From NCBI GenBank assembly GCA_051294905.1, contig CM119373.1:6944001-7008000 (forward strand): a stretch of DNA of 64,000 nucleotides, read 5' to 3'. Numbering within the stretch: the first letter of the stretch is position 1; each line of letters begins with the position of its first letter. Positions 1-11,887 of this stretch are shown in pieces. The notes under the pieces were generated by a model. The model did no database searches. It was not told the DNA's origin and saw only the letters and a program-made list of their open reading frames with translations. Made by a program: the position numbers and the translations under genes. This stretch comes from Botryllus schlosseri (taxonomy: Eukaryota).

Positions 1-131
1 TCGTATTGGGTTTGTAGTATTTTATACGAATGGAGCTTTGAATGAATAATCATCGTAACATTCAGGATTTGTTTCAGCCCAATATCTCGTGTTTATATCT
101 GTGTTATCGGTGTATTTCGACATGTCGAAGA
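1..131. repeat. Left arm of long terminal inverted repeat (partner 3169-3299)
   Basis: tcgtattgggtttgtagtattttatacgaatgg...gacatgtcgaaga is the reverse complement of tcttcgacatgtc...cccaatacga, with about one mismatch. Confidence 0.95.
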
Positions 132-1365
132 TATAAGTGGTTTCGACTGTTCGTGGTAAAATAAGGTTGTCTATGTGTCATCGTATGTATTTTTTTGTGG
201 TTATATTCCTGATGTAGATTGCTTTACTCGTTGTATCCAGCATATTTTACGTGTACAGAAATAACCAAGCTGTCAAAAGATGTATAATGCCAGTTCAGTT
301 ATCTTTCAGATATATGTATCTATAGGAAGTAAAAGCATCTACGATTGTCAGCTTGAAGTTATTATCGGAGCGTGCCTCGGAATTACCTATCCTGGATTCA
401 AAATCTTCATACTTCAATGGAGCTGATGTGAATGCTATAACTGCCAGCTGTGAATATTGCTGATGGAGAAAATTCAGCATCATGGGACATATCAAAAGGC
501 ACTGCTGAAATCAACTGAATGCCATTGTGGTTATTCTACGTATTTATTGGTTCAGCGTATTTAAATAAATCCAAAAAAGAGAAAGTAAAGATATGTCTGC
601 TATGTGTGGCGATGGGGTAGTGATTTCTGTAGAAGTGACTGAATGAGTTCATTGAATGAGAGAAACAAGAAATGCATGGGTCCTTATTCAGATGTAGCTA
701 GAATTGCCCAATTCACAGTGAAATTGGGGCTATGTTGGTTGTAACAGCAATCTGTGCACTTTGGGAGTTCATAATAAATATTAATTTTATCGAATCAAAA
801 CGGCACAAGATACAATCTAAACGGCGTACATGTATTTTATCATAATTACACCTATAGCTACCCATATACGTGTGTACATGAAGCTTGGCTCGTTTTGCAC
901 TTTCATGAAACCAGAAATTAGTTTGGATTCAAAACTAACTGGAGATGTGAACTGTACTGCCTCGTCACACGAAATACCGCGCTGTACTGTCTCGTACCAA
1001 AATGCTGAACTCTCGTTTTCAGAAACACCAGCTTCGGTTATGAGAAACGAATTTTTCTATTAAAATAACAACATAAAAAATGAAAACAGAAATAAATTAA
1101 TTGTTATCGACTTTACGTCGCCTTCGGCGTAATTAACACTGATCTGAAAGTCAAATGTGGGATAAGTTAGGGCTTAATATCTGCGAACGAGGTATAATAA
1201 ACGAACCGATTCTGATCTTAGTTCCAATTTAATGGAATTTCTTCTCTTCTTACGCGGCACAGTCACATTGAAGGCCACCCCACTACGGGTCCTACGACGA
1301 CGACGTCGTTTTGGGGCACTGTTCAAGATAAATGAACTAACATATGAGCAATTGTTCACTTGAAG

Positions 1366-3178
1366 ACACATTGATCGACATTTCATCCATCATTATGGAG
1401 CATATTACAGGATTTGCTGATGCCTCTACTTTTCCTCTGATGGCAGAAAAGGCAATACTAGTAAAGCCAGGCTCAGCGGAAAGTTTTCCATACCAGCGTC
1501 TTATCACACTTGGATGGGGAAGAGCAAGTTGAAAATTCTGACGCACAAAATTGTATGCCTTAGTGGAATAATACTGAAGCGTCATTGCAAATGATTGCAG
1601 TTCCTTGGAGTATTTGACTCCTCTTCCACCAGCTTCTAGCTTCATACGTTGCAAGAGCTCACTTGGTAGACCACTGAATGTTTGTGACATTACCTCCACA
1701 CACGAATCGCTTATCAAATTGTTCTTCTTAAGAGATGCAATGACCTCATCCAGAGATTTCACTTTTTTTTGCAGACGGTATGTTCTCATTCTGGCTGCAA
1801 CCAACCTCTTTTTAATTTCTGCGACCCTACGGCGTTGCTGTTGAACGACTTTTCGAGGAGACGTGTGCGGCTGTGCGCACAGTAGCTGTGGTTGTGAAGA
1901 ACTACTTCAGGTTCAGCGGTTTGTGCTTCATAATGCCGTTTCTTATCTGGAACTGCAGAAGGTCTCACTCGTCGGTTGTTTGAAGCCTGAAATTTGTGAA
2001 TTTTATGTTAACTAGGGCTAAAATAAAGGTAAGTAATTGGAACTCAAACTTCATAAATATATAGTCACTGTCTAGCGTCTACCGTACCTTTGGCCTCATA
2101 TATTTTGGAAAATTCAGAAATCTTGTCGGCACCGCATTCGTCCTTAAACGAATTCTCCCGCCAACACGGTAAATATCACTTTCTGAAAAATGATCAGAAC
2201 AGATGACCGACGATCTTGCTGGCTCCCAGTCTTTTCTAATACATTCTATCCATCTTTCTTTCAGGGAATCATTGGTAGGAAAGCTGCGTTGTAGAGAACA
2301 TTGTATCAGTTCACAAGTAATTCTATGATACGAAGCACACCAAATTGACCATTCTTTGTTATGAACGATGATAAAAGTAGCAGGAACATATGTGAAATTA
2401 TCTTGTTTGATTTAGATATATCTGTTACTTTCTACCCCAGAAGGATAAACTATTAGGTAACCTTTTAAATCCAAAGCCAAAGGTAAACCTAAAAAAAACA
2501 TCTTACGAGACAAATCGAACGTCTCGCACGCACAAAGCTATAATGAACTCGACCATGGAATTAGCAATTTGAACTTTAGTGTGAGCATCTGGCACCAGAA
2601 ATATAGAGTTATTACTCAACTATGCTGGACAAAACCGTGTGGCCCTCAATTATACCTTTATTTCTAGTCCTACCTCCAACCTTCACGACAATTTTAAGCA
2701 AGGATTGAGTACTAAGCTAGTTATTGGCTGAACTGCCCATACAGAATACAAACAGTGACCTGGCTGGTCATGCTATTACAGGTATACTGATGAACTGACA
2801 TGGTGCTAAGACTGCTGATATAGTCTGCTCTGATCATACCAACATCATTATACTTGTGACAAAATGTTCTGGTATAATGACACTTTAACATGGCCTATTC
2901 ATTAATGCTGTGGCTTATCTGGACATTGATTAACTGTGATGGTCAGGAAATATTAAAAATAGAAACTGATTCTTCAAAGATAGTCTTGCTGCCCTGCATA
3001 TTCTGCCATTCACTCACCGGTGAAATGTTCTTGGATGCCGACGCTTTACCAAAGACTCTTCATCGCTACTACCATCGCTATTACTTCTCATATATGACTC
3101 CGTGGATATCTTTTTCTGCCTTTTACTGCACCCATAGGCGCAACAAACGCTACCACCAAAACGAGATGTCTTCGACAT
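1366..3178 (-). pseudogene. THAP-domain P-element transposase, 3 exons (3018-3178, 2088-2283, about 1366-1986), frameshifted and truncated after DEMSI
   Basis: Exon 1 MSK...CCAYGCS...TFHR ends at a GTGAGT donor. Exon 2 FPTND...WIECIRKDWEP...ICSDHF...NAVPT is a C2CH THAP. Exon 3 has NHSY (HCF-binding-like) then, after a frameshift near 1850, YSKELQSFAMTLQYYSTKAY...LPHPSVIRRW...MMDEMSI. Splice phases are compatible. Confidence 0.9.
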
Positions 3179-3414
3179 GTCGAAATACACAGATAACACA
3201 GATATAAACACGAGATATTGGGCTGAAACAAATCCTGAATGTTACGATGATTATTCATTCAAAGCTCCATTCGTATAAAATACTACAAACCCAATACGAA
3301 TCAAATATATTTTAAAACTGGACGTTTTTCCATAAGCGCCTGTACTAAGTCGTCCAGCCTATCCCCCACAATGCAACTGTAACATGGTGACAACGCAAAT
3401 TTGCTTAGCCGGAG

Positions 3415-3861
3415 ATGGCAGTAGTTCGGGGCTTGGTGCCGACCGCTGCCTATAACGGTAGTAAGACTCGAAACCCCTTTAATTTCTGTCACTATCACAT
3501 CGGAAATCTGGCTATCAACGTGAACGGGAAACTTTTGTACGGGCGTAATTTCAGATTCGACTTTGATAAAAACACAAACCTCGAAGGGTTTTTCAGCGTC
3601 TACCAATCCACCGGGAAGTGGGATGCTCAGGAAGATCTTTTTATCGACTCTGAGAATTATAAGGCGGGATACACTCTGTTTGCCTTCGATTTGACCCCAG
3701 ACCGTACGCATCAAGGCTGCTTTCAGCTAGAGAAGACCGGGTCCGTGAAGCTTCACATGACCCTGACCGCGGGGTTGCCGGAAGGAGCGACTCTACTGTG
3801 TCTCAAAGAATACCAACAACTTTTGGAGATCTCAGAGAAGCGCGAAGTAGTGTCCGTATGA
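3415..3861 (+). CDS. Maverick/Polinton major capsid protein, C-terminal part (5' degraded, cut by the P element)
   Basis: AYNGSKTRNPFNF, INVNG, GYTLFAFDLTPD and GSVKLH motifs are typical of Polinton double-jelly-roll capsid proteins. Confidence 0.8.
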   Translation: MAVVRGLVPTAAYNGSKTRNPFNFCHYHIGNLAINVNGKLLYGRNFRFDFDKNTNLEGFFSVYQSTGKWDAQEDLFIDSENYKAGYTLFAFDLTPDRTHQGCFQLEKTGSVKLHMTLTAGLPEGATLLCLKEYQQLLEISEKREVVSV

Positions 3862-4349
3862 ATACCGATCAAATTAATCATATTTTATTCAATCACCGCG
3901 ACACGCGAGATTTATTTGCCGGGACTTTCGCTATCGATTTATTGCCAGCGAAGCTACCTAAGCCGTACGCAGTCGTTATCAATTACGACCCTAACGCGAA
4001 GGGGGGCTCGCATTGGATCTGTATCTTCGCCGATCAAGATGGCACGCACTTTCACGACTCTTTCGGGATTCCGCCTCTGAAGAAGGAGATCTATAGGTTA
4101 TTGGGCGCGGACGATTATACCTTCACTAGTGTGCAATTACAGTCTTTACGTTCGTTTGTGTGTGGCGAACATTGTATCGCTTTCCTGATTAGAAAGGGTC
4201 AAGGTGTAGGTACCCTCGATTATTTAGATGCTTTTGGTTCTGATAAACGTGTGAATGATCGCCTCGTTTTTGATTTTTGTAAACAAAGAAAAATCTACTT
4301 TGTGAACGCTCGTGACTTGTATTTTCAGATTGTGTATATTGTTCAATAA
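3858..4349 (+). CDS. Adenain-like cysteine (maturation) protease
   Basis: VINYDP...GSHWICI...FHDSFG...QLQS...CGEHC gives the H/D/Q/C catalytic pattern. The ATG overlaps the capsid stop codon. Confidence 0.85.
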   Translation: MNTDQINHILFNHRDTRDLFAGTFAIDLLPAKLPKPYAVVINYDPNAKGGSHWICIFADQDGTHFHDSFGIPPLKKEIYRLLGADDYTFTSVQLQSLRSFVCGEHCIAFLIRKGQGVGTLDYLDAFGSDKRVNDRLVFDFCKQRKIYFVNARDLYFQIVYIVQ

Positions 4350-4453
4350 ACCTTGTACAGCATACGTTATACTCTTTTACGAGCGTTCGGGAGTCGTTGG
4401 CGTCATAAAGATCGCTACTAACCAGGGAGCAAAAAGAGGTCAACTACGACAGT

Positions 4454-4741
4454 ATGACGCAGACCAGAATCGTCACCTTGCATCGTTTCGTCTGGCCGAA
4501 CGCGTTGACAATCTACCTGAAACACGAACCGGGATCTCACATACGGATCCGAAGGAACAAATACTATACTGACGTCATGTTTGACGGGCAAATATTTCCA
4601 AATCCCATCGTGTTTACACGCAATTGGATTAATCAACCCACCGCGGAACGACACGTCAAGACAGGAGAACTATACCGATTCGTCGGCGTGCATGCCATTG
4701 AAATTAAATGTCAATCCATTGTTGTTCGGGGGAAAATATAA
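4454..4741 (+). CDS. Hypothetical 95-aa protein, probably Maverick-derived
   Basis: Intact ATG-to-stop ORF co-oriented with the capsid and protease genes, same composition; no motif recognised. Confidence 0.4.
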   Translation: MTQTRIVTLHRFVWPNALTIYLKHEPGSHIRIRRNKYYTDVMFDGQIFPNPIVFTRNWINQPTAERHVKTGELYRFVGVHAIEIKCQSIVVRGKI

Positions 4742-5159
4742 AAAATACTAAAATACACAAGTCTCGTGTCCAGAAGTCAGGCGAGGTAAAATCAGAAGTG
4801 GAAAAGTACAAGTAGAATGACTCCAGTCTCATGTCTGAGTACAAAGGTCAATCGAAATTCTTTGTTCGTTTTCTCTCAGTCAATCCCCCTTTTTTAATTG
4901 CCGCACAGTCAGAAGGGAATTCCCCGCGAGTATTGCTGCAAAACTGAGAATGAGCTATATCTTCAATTAATTATTATATTGATAATCTTTGTTTGTTTAT
5001 TATAAATCGCGAATGAGCGGATTCCGCACATTTATCTAACTACTGCCCTACTTTCAAAATAATCTTTTGGATTGCACGATGTGGCTGTGTGGAATGTATG
5101 AATGGATGATGATGAATGTGCAACTTATCGAGCAAAAATTTTAAAATTAACGGAATTGA

Positions 5160-5595
5160 TTCAGGTGATGAGGCAAAAGGTGACGAGGAAGTCACATTGG
5201 TATTAGTAGAAGAGAGCTCAATATAGTAGAAGGGAGATCACAGCAAGTTCATGATATGAATGTTTCTGCTGCGCCTTCATGCTCAAATAATATCAGCATT
5301 TTAGAGAAAGAGTTCTGCAAATTCAGGTGATTAATCCAGTCACTGTTTTCACAACAGTTCGTACATCTTCTTCAGTTCTGGTTTGTCAGGTTACTGTAAA
5401 AAGAAGCGAGAGCAAGATGCTCCTAGTCTTAAGCGTAGAGTGCTGGAGGAAGAGCTGGAGTTGATTCACTTTAAAAAGAAAACTGAGATGAGTATGCCGG
5501 ACCAGCAGTCAGAACTGTTTCAGTTGAAAAGGAAAAATGAAATAATGAAAGGAGAGCTTTTAAAAATGGCACTGCAAAGTAGGAAGGAAACCTAA
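5160..5595 (+). pseudogene. Possible C-terminal coiled-coil remnant of a Harbinger Myb/SANT accessory gene
   Basis: KRRVLEEELELIHFKKKTE...ELLKMALQ resembles such tails and faces the Harbinger transposase remnant at 8225-8700. The domain itself is not seen. Confidence 0.3.
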
Positions 5596-5759
5596 GACAA
5601 ATAGGCGGAATATTTCTAACAGTTGTTATGTTTAACGAGTTTTTCTTGTTGTATTGACATAATGTGAATGAAGATAAGCAACAGTTGGTTGTACAAATCA
5701 AGTGAAAAACCGGCGAATTATGCTCCTGCGGTATGCTCGTGCGCCAATAGCGTCATCAG

Positions 5760-7562
5760 TAGGGCCATTTTTATATGACCTTAAAAAATCAATTATATGA
5801 CTTTATTTTTGGGAAAATATGACTTTATGCGAAAATCGTGTATTTTTACATGTAACCAACGTCACTCATGGAACTTAACCAACGTCACTCATGGAACTGA
5901 CAAGTAAAACATAAACAACATAGCAGTAATACACATCCATTTTTATTTTAAACCACTGTTGTAGTACAGTTTCATGTAGTGTGGAATGTTGGAGCCTTTA
6001 AAGTAACGATTTGGACGTTTTGGACTTTAGTAAGGAAAATGAGCGCTCCACAGACGCTGATGTTGGTTGGCACTTCTGCAGTTTTGCATACAGCGCTGGT
6101 GTAATGTCTTGTCTTTGTAGCTCCATAATTTGTTTTACATCGTTTTTGTCCAATCGTTTCTTCATGTAATTTTTGAGCTCAAGCGGGTCTTTCCGAAATC
6201 ATTTTCAGTATTTTCCGATTTCCATTTTCAGTATCAAGTTTGAAACATTGTTGTAGTTCAGGCATATTTCTGTTAACTGACTCGTCAACTTTGGATCGTT
6301 CACTGAATCTTTAACGCTCTTGACAATAACTCCTTCACCTTCCCTTCTTTCACTTGTGGAAGTCTCCCGGCATAATTTCGAGCAGCATCCAACCAGCTAC
6401 CCTAACGAGTAACTATGGGCTGTGGTGGTATGCCACATGAATCGAAATCGGCAGCTCTGCTTCTATTCTTGGAGATACTTGCTTTCACTTTTGCAATCAA
6501 ATTGTCTACTTCGGGGTAGGAGGCTTTTATTTCATGGTGCAATTGTGCAGTAGATGCGCAACGCATGTTACATGCAACAGTTTAGGATATACCTCTTTTG
6601 AGACTATTCCAGCGCAGCACATGTAAGCGGCTGCGTCAGATATCAATAAATTTACTTGCTCTCTATTAATTTTGAGTTCTTTCACCACATCGTCAAGTTC
6701 ATGTATTATCTTCGGACTGTTTGCCGATCTGTCTAGCACAGAGCATTTAACCAGAAAACAAGATTCAGGCTTGTCGAGTGTACCACAAAGCGTGTGCAGA
6801 ATTTTTTTCCTCTTAAATCTGTTTCATCCATCACAATAACAATTCTTTTTCACTCAAGTTATCCAGCATTTAATGCTTGTCTGCTTCACTCAATTTAAAT
6901 ACTTTTTGGCAACAGGCTGATTCAGAGGGTACAAATCCGCTAACAACTTTCTAATTGATGGATGTTGTACTTTTACCAATGGAATGTCACTTGATGCAAA
7001 CGCCCGAACAAGCTGACTGGTAGCTTTGACTTTCGCTGCATTCGATTCTCTCACTTTTGGCATGCTGAACCAGATATTCTTTCTATGTCCAAGTCTCTTA
7101 TGAATAAACTTGAAGTGAACTGTATATATTCAACTGTTATATTCTTCAGCTTGCTACTAGTTGTACTGTATTTGTATATAAGTAGACCAAGATTAAGCTT
7201 TTTAGCCTGCCTACCCACTGACTGAACTTCAAATGACGTCCCACTCCAGTGCACAGAAGTAAAACAGATTGTGTAGCAACACAATGCAATGTGTGACCTC
7301 ATAATGCAATGTGTGACCTCATAGGTCTGTGGCTGTAATGTTATGTAGGCTCACCTCGCAGTTAGCCTTCGTTCAATCAGAAATTGCTTCACTTTCTCAG
7401 TGCGTAATTGCTTCACCGCTTAAATTGGCACTTTTTATTTAAAGTATACAACAATATGACTTTATAACTTTCTTAATTACCCCATATGGATGCTGTTTTT
7501 GCGTTAAAATTGATTTCACGACTTACTGATGCATAGAAAAAATGACTTTAAATATAACCCTA
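5760..7562 (-). mobile_element. hAT element, CGGBP1-like/DUF659 type, defective
   Basis: TAGGG...CCCTA ends (short, imperfect), ATATGAC subterminal motifs and a transposase pseudogene; no TSD recovered. Confidence 0.6.
5955..7072 (-). pseudogene. hAT (DUF659) transposase
   Basis: AFASSDIPL..VQHPSIRK, VMDETD, LLISDAAAYM, HVTCVAHLLHN and PTSASVERSFS motifs, with multiple frameshifts and stops. Confidence 0.85.
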
Positions 7563-7565
7563 GTC

Positions 7566-8224
7566 CAGTGGTTCCCAACCTTTTTCCACCCGCGTACCAT
7601 TTCGAGGTTTTATGCAGTGCTCGCGTGCCACCACAACCGAGCGAGATAGTGTAATGGTTATGCGTCCGGCTTCTCGATCGGTAGGTAGTGGGTTCGATCC
7701 CCGGCCGGGTCACACCAAAGACTCGAAAATTGGTATCCGCAGCTATCCTGCTAGGCGCTTAGCAAACACGGATAGCACGGAGGAGAAAAAAACGGGGGCG
7801 CAGACTAAATGACCTCACGGCGGTATCGCAACTCCGTCGTCAAAGCATCTCGGTGGTGCAGGCGAAAAAGAATATCACATCTCTCTCTCTCTCTCTCTCA
7901 CCTACCACCGTGTTGAGTTGCCTAACGCAGCGAAACAGGAAATGAACTGCCCATTTTAAGGCGCAGTATATGATTTCTGTAGTGCATTTGGAATTGTTGT
8001 GGTCAAATATATTAAAACGTAATTTGGTTGGGAAATCATCCCAATGCACGACTACACTCTTACCCGTAGGCCGTCATTGGTGGGATTGCCCTTACCCACG
8101 ACGACTTCAAAAAAGTCAAAATCAACCCCACGTGAACTGATAACTCCCTTCGGTCGAAAAAAATACAGAATCTACTCGCGTACCACCTCGAAGACCTTCG
8201 CGTACCACAGGTTGGGAACCACTG
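7566..8224. mobile_element. Non-autonomous hAT MITE containing a SINE
   Basis: TIR CAGTGGTTCCCAACC / GGTTGGGAACCACTG; flanks ccctagtc / ccccagtc (7/8 TSD). Confidence 0.9.
7639..7899 (+). mobile_element. tRNA-derived SINE, copy 1
   Basis: A-box-like TAGTGTAATGG, B box GGTTCGATCCC, (CT)n tail; second copy at 50046-50295. Confidence 0.85.
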
Positions 8225-8700
8225 CCCCAGTCAGTTTCTTCCAGATGGTCAGGATTGGACAGATCCAGTTGTCCCATTTCGTCTACATCTAAAGTATCCT
8301 GTCGGGTATTGATAGCCAAATTGTGAAGGCATGCAGTAGCAACGATTATGGCAAGGCTGGTTTTCATATCGGTTCTTAGTGCAATGCTAAGATACATAGA
8401 TCTTCGCTTCAACATACCGAAGCAGTGTTCGATGCGAGTCCTCGAAGCGATTTGTGCTTTGTTATACTTCCTCTACCCGGGGGAGGTCGGGTTCAAAATT
8501 GGAGTCATCAGTCGAGTTTGCAGCCCATAGCCATTGTCACCCGGCAGCAGACCAGGATTTTTTTTTCAAAGAATGGGTTATATATTGACGAATTTTCTAG
8601 AATCCGATTGTCGCGTGTCGATCCAGGCCAGCGCGATACAATATTGATGATCCGCCGGTGAGCATCACATATTCCTTTGATGTTTATTGAAAAATAACCT
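8225..8700 (-). pseudogene. Harbinger (HARBI1-like, DDE_Tnp_4) transposase, C-terminal half
   Basis: SINIKGICD..RIINIVSRWPGST.D, GDNGY, MTPILNP, YNKAQ..RTRIEHCFGMLKRR and ACLHN motifs, with stops and frameshifts. Confidence 0.85.
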
Positions 8701-8707
8701 TTGCCGT

Positions 8708-8822
8708 TTCTGTATACTTCTGCACTATCACCCCCCAGGTGACTGTATGGGAATGTGGGTGGGTAGTTCTGTATACTTCTGCACTATCACCCCCCAGGTG
8801 ACTGTATGGGAATGTGGGTGGG
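8708..8822. repeat. Two-copy tandem duplication, about 59-bp period
   Basis: ttctgtatacttctgcactatcaccccccaggtgactgtatgggaatgtgggtgggt occurs twice. Confidence 0.95.
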
Positions 8823-9464
8823 TTGAAATGAGTCTAACTACATTCGCAATTAGGAGATAACGTGTCGTCCAACATGCGCCTTCGCTTGTTATATAATCCA
8901 TAAGTCTTTATAACATGCACTCTCTAATATCCTAATATGTATGGATCATTCAAATATGACATATCTCCAATCCTGTATTATTAAATTGTAAATACAAATC
9001 CAATTGTAGCTCCTGCACATGTGTATGAGTCAGCAAAAGTTAGTAAAATCGCAGTGTGCTACTGTAATATTAAAACTGAATTCTTTTTCGTCGTCGAGGC
9101 TCGGATTGCGAGATGCCACAGAAGCTTGAAGATTTTGGTGGTAGCCTAAAGAGCTGCTACGTTTATTATTAAACTCAAGAGAAAACAGCGGCTTCATTTA
9201 CCCGTATTTATTTCTAATCAGACAGTTTTTGAAAAATCTCATTTTTTCGCGCATTTGCTGAAAACTCAAGCAACACTCGCTCTTGCAAGTACAATTTTGC
9301 TCAGCAGACGACCATCTTTTTCGTAAAATGCATGCAGTCGATCGTCGGTAACAGTCTTCTGACTTGCTAGTTTGTTACCGGGTACCTGGCACCTCTCTGG
9401 CGTTTGCTAATGGTGTTTGCGAGACGTTCAACTTCATCATCTGCGCGTTTCAATATGCAGATGG

Positions 9465-11838
9465 CAGTGGCGGCTCGTCCTATAGGGCAACTGGGGCATT
9501 GCCCCACCTAAAATTCTGTTCAATAACAATTTAACCATTTATAGACGCACAGCAATCAATATATACCGAGATCACAGCGAAACCCGCGTTCTTCTTGTGC
9601 TTTCGCTTGCAAACGCCCATACATAGCGAAGTCTCTGCGAAAATCGAATTCTCTTCTGTGTTTTCGCTTTGTGAATGCCTAGCCGGGGCTTGCCCCGGTA
9701 GCGCTCATAACAAGCTTTCACTATCTATTCTCTCAAAGCCGCGCACAATAAAGAAACGGTGATTTACTCTCTCCTATTCGTAAAATGGCCGAGCAACCGG
9801 GGCAAATATGCCTACTCGCCCTTAAGGTGTGATGTAACAATCGTATCTATATCTGAACTCGGTTACCGTAATATGCGTTGAGTCGACCTTTGCTGGAATA
9901 GGTCGATTTTGACGGTGTTTCGCACCATGATAATTCTTGAAACTTGGTATGATATGTCGTGAAGGTAGTATTTAACACTGCTCCAAGTTTCAGGCTTGCT
10001 ACTTGAAGATAATGGTAGTAATTCCGTTTCCGAAGTTCAGTGTGTGCTGATCTATCATGTACATAGTACAGCAAACAGATTTTACTCAAAAGCCGGTATT
10101 GGTCTCCATTGATTTTGACGATGTTCTATACCGAGATCGGTCATGACATTTGGCACGGTAAGTGTTAGTATCGACCGCTGTAACAAGTTTTAAGTTTGTC
10201 ACTGAACTATGTGGGTGGTAATTTCGTTTCCAAAGTCGAGTAAGAGCTGACTCTTCTTCATTTATCGCCAACAAATTTACGCAAAAGCCGTTATTGGTCC
10301 CTATTGATTTTAACGATGTTCCATACCTAGATCTGTCATGAGCTTTCACACGGTATGTCTTGATTTTAGTATCGAACACGGTGCCAAGTCTTAAAGTTGA
10401 CACTCAATGATTGAGGCAGTTATTTCGTTTTCGAGGTCGAGTATGGTAGAGATGCGCGCTGATCTGATACTTAGCCTACCTACGTCATTGTGGATCTCAC
10501 GCAAAAGCCGGTGTCGGTCTGTGCTAATCTATATAGTCTGCGTTCCATAACGAGATCGGTGATGATATTTCCAATGGTATATCTCGATGATCGCATGAAA
10601 CAGCTAACCAAGATTCTCGGTTTGCATTCAAGTATTCGCATAATTTTATGTTCGCCAATGTCCATTTCACTGTGAAATTGTGGCCTTCAAACCATTTGCT
10701 TACAATCCCCTGTCAATTGCGATAGCTATTTCATTTTCGATGTCGGCTAACAGCTGATCATTCGATCAGCCTATTCCTCGATCTATTTTACTCAAAGTTA
10801 GGTGTTCGTCTGTTTGCATTGATTTTGACAGTGTACCATACCGGAATGGGTTATGAGATTGCGTATGCTACTTCTCGATGATTTCTTGTAACAGTATACT
10901 AAGTTACGGCTTTTATTCATGTATTTATTGATTAATATATTTTCCAACGGCGATTTCGCAGCAGACTTATAGACAGTAAGCCGTATGTGTTGTGTCACAG
11001 TCTCCAGTTTCAAGGCCAAAATGTCCTACGTTGTTCCGAGACCGAAGTTCCGAGGCTGCTGTCCTTAGTTCTTCAAAGACCATTCAAATTGATGTTCTGG
11101 ATTCAATATAACAGGCCCAATCTATGAGATAACAATTGCGTATGTGTCCGAACTCGTTGACCTTTCCAGTTAGGCTTACGCAATCTCTCGAGTTCTAGTT
11201 ATTGCAATTAGTCAGGTCAAGTCAAGTGCGAACATGAATCGTATTGAATCTTTATTCCGTACGTAGTTTACGCAGTTGCCTTTAGAGCAAAAATGAGAGG
11301 TCTAGAAGTTGTCCAGTCTATTGATCCAATCGTACGCCGGGTGCCTCCGCTTTGGTTGCCTATTATCACCTGGTCGTAACCAGAGATGGCCACAGTCCGG
11401 TTCAGGAGCCGGAGCAGGATTTCAATGTTTTTTTACCTGGCCGGACTGGATCCGGATTTCGAATTTGGGGTGACGGTCGGATTTTAGGGTCTATCGATTT
11501 GCGTAATCTATAACTCTACCATGAAATCAAAACGCATGCTACTAAGGATGACCTGATACTTGATTCGTGGCATAGGGACGATTCTTAGTTCACGTACATT
11601 TTGTAAAATAATCCTTTGATTAAAAATAAATGAATAAAACATTTGTTACCACACTTCAAGTCACGGCTCACCGGCAAACCTCTCGCGGCACCTACGTTAA
11701 AATCACTGTTGTCGGGAAATTCATGTGACCATCATAAAGTTACTTTTTTACGTTGGAAAACGCCATTGTGACGTCATGTTGATAAAAGTCGCTCGCAGCC
11801 CTTGCCCCACCACCCGATATTGTCACGAGCCGCCACTG
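9465..11838. mobile_element. Non-autonomous hAT element (2.37 kb)
   Basis: TIR CAGTGGCGGCTCGT / ACGAGCCGCCACTG; perfect 8-bp TSD GCAGATGG at 9457-9464 and 11839-11846. Confidence 0.95.
9880..11150. repeat. Degenerate tandem array of about 200-bp units inside the hAT element
   Basis: The motif ttacKcaaaagccg.tattggtc..attgatttt.acgatgtt..atacc.agatc.gtcatga recurs near 10081, 10277, 10496 and 10787. Confidence 0.75.
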
Positions 11839-11887
11839 GCAGATGGTAATAGCGTTTTGAGATTAAATACATTACTTCATAATTTAT

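Larger units (their letters stand above)
1..3342 (-). mobile_element. Internally deleted P-superfamily (THAP9-like) DNA transposon; left end runs out of the window
   Basis: Spliced THAP + P-transposase N-terminus on the minus strand. 1-131 is a near-perfect reverse complement of 3169-3299. The right end reads CAGGCGCTTATGG on the minus strand at 3342 (CA terminus as in P elements). Confidence 0.8.
3349..4741 (+). mobile_element. Maverick/Polinton (adintovirus-like) remnant
   Basis: Compact, intronless, CpG-rich block: capsid C-terminus overlapping the protease ORF (ATGA), then a small ORF. Confidence 0.85.

Noticed and set aside
7639-7712. Possible tRNA gene
   Set aside because: No convincing cloverleaf, and it continues into a body and tail shared with 50046; it is a SINE head.
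5752-8233. TSD for the DUF659 hAT element
   Set aside because: Flanks gtcatcag versus gtcagttt (after removing the MITE) match only 4/8.
8850-9460. Possible Penelope/LINE reverse transcriptase remnant (MLDDTL)
   Set aside because: Too many stops and no second supporting motif.
9880-11150. CRISPR-like array
   Set aside because: Eukaryotic context; units are long, degenerate and lack constant-repeat/unique-spacer structure.
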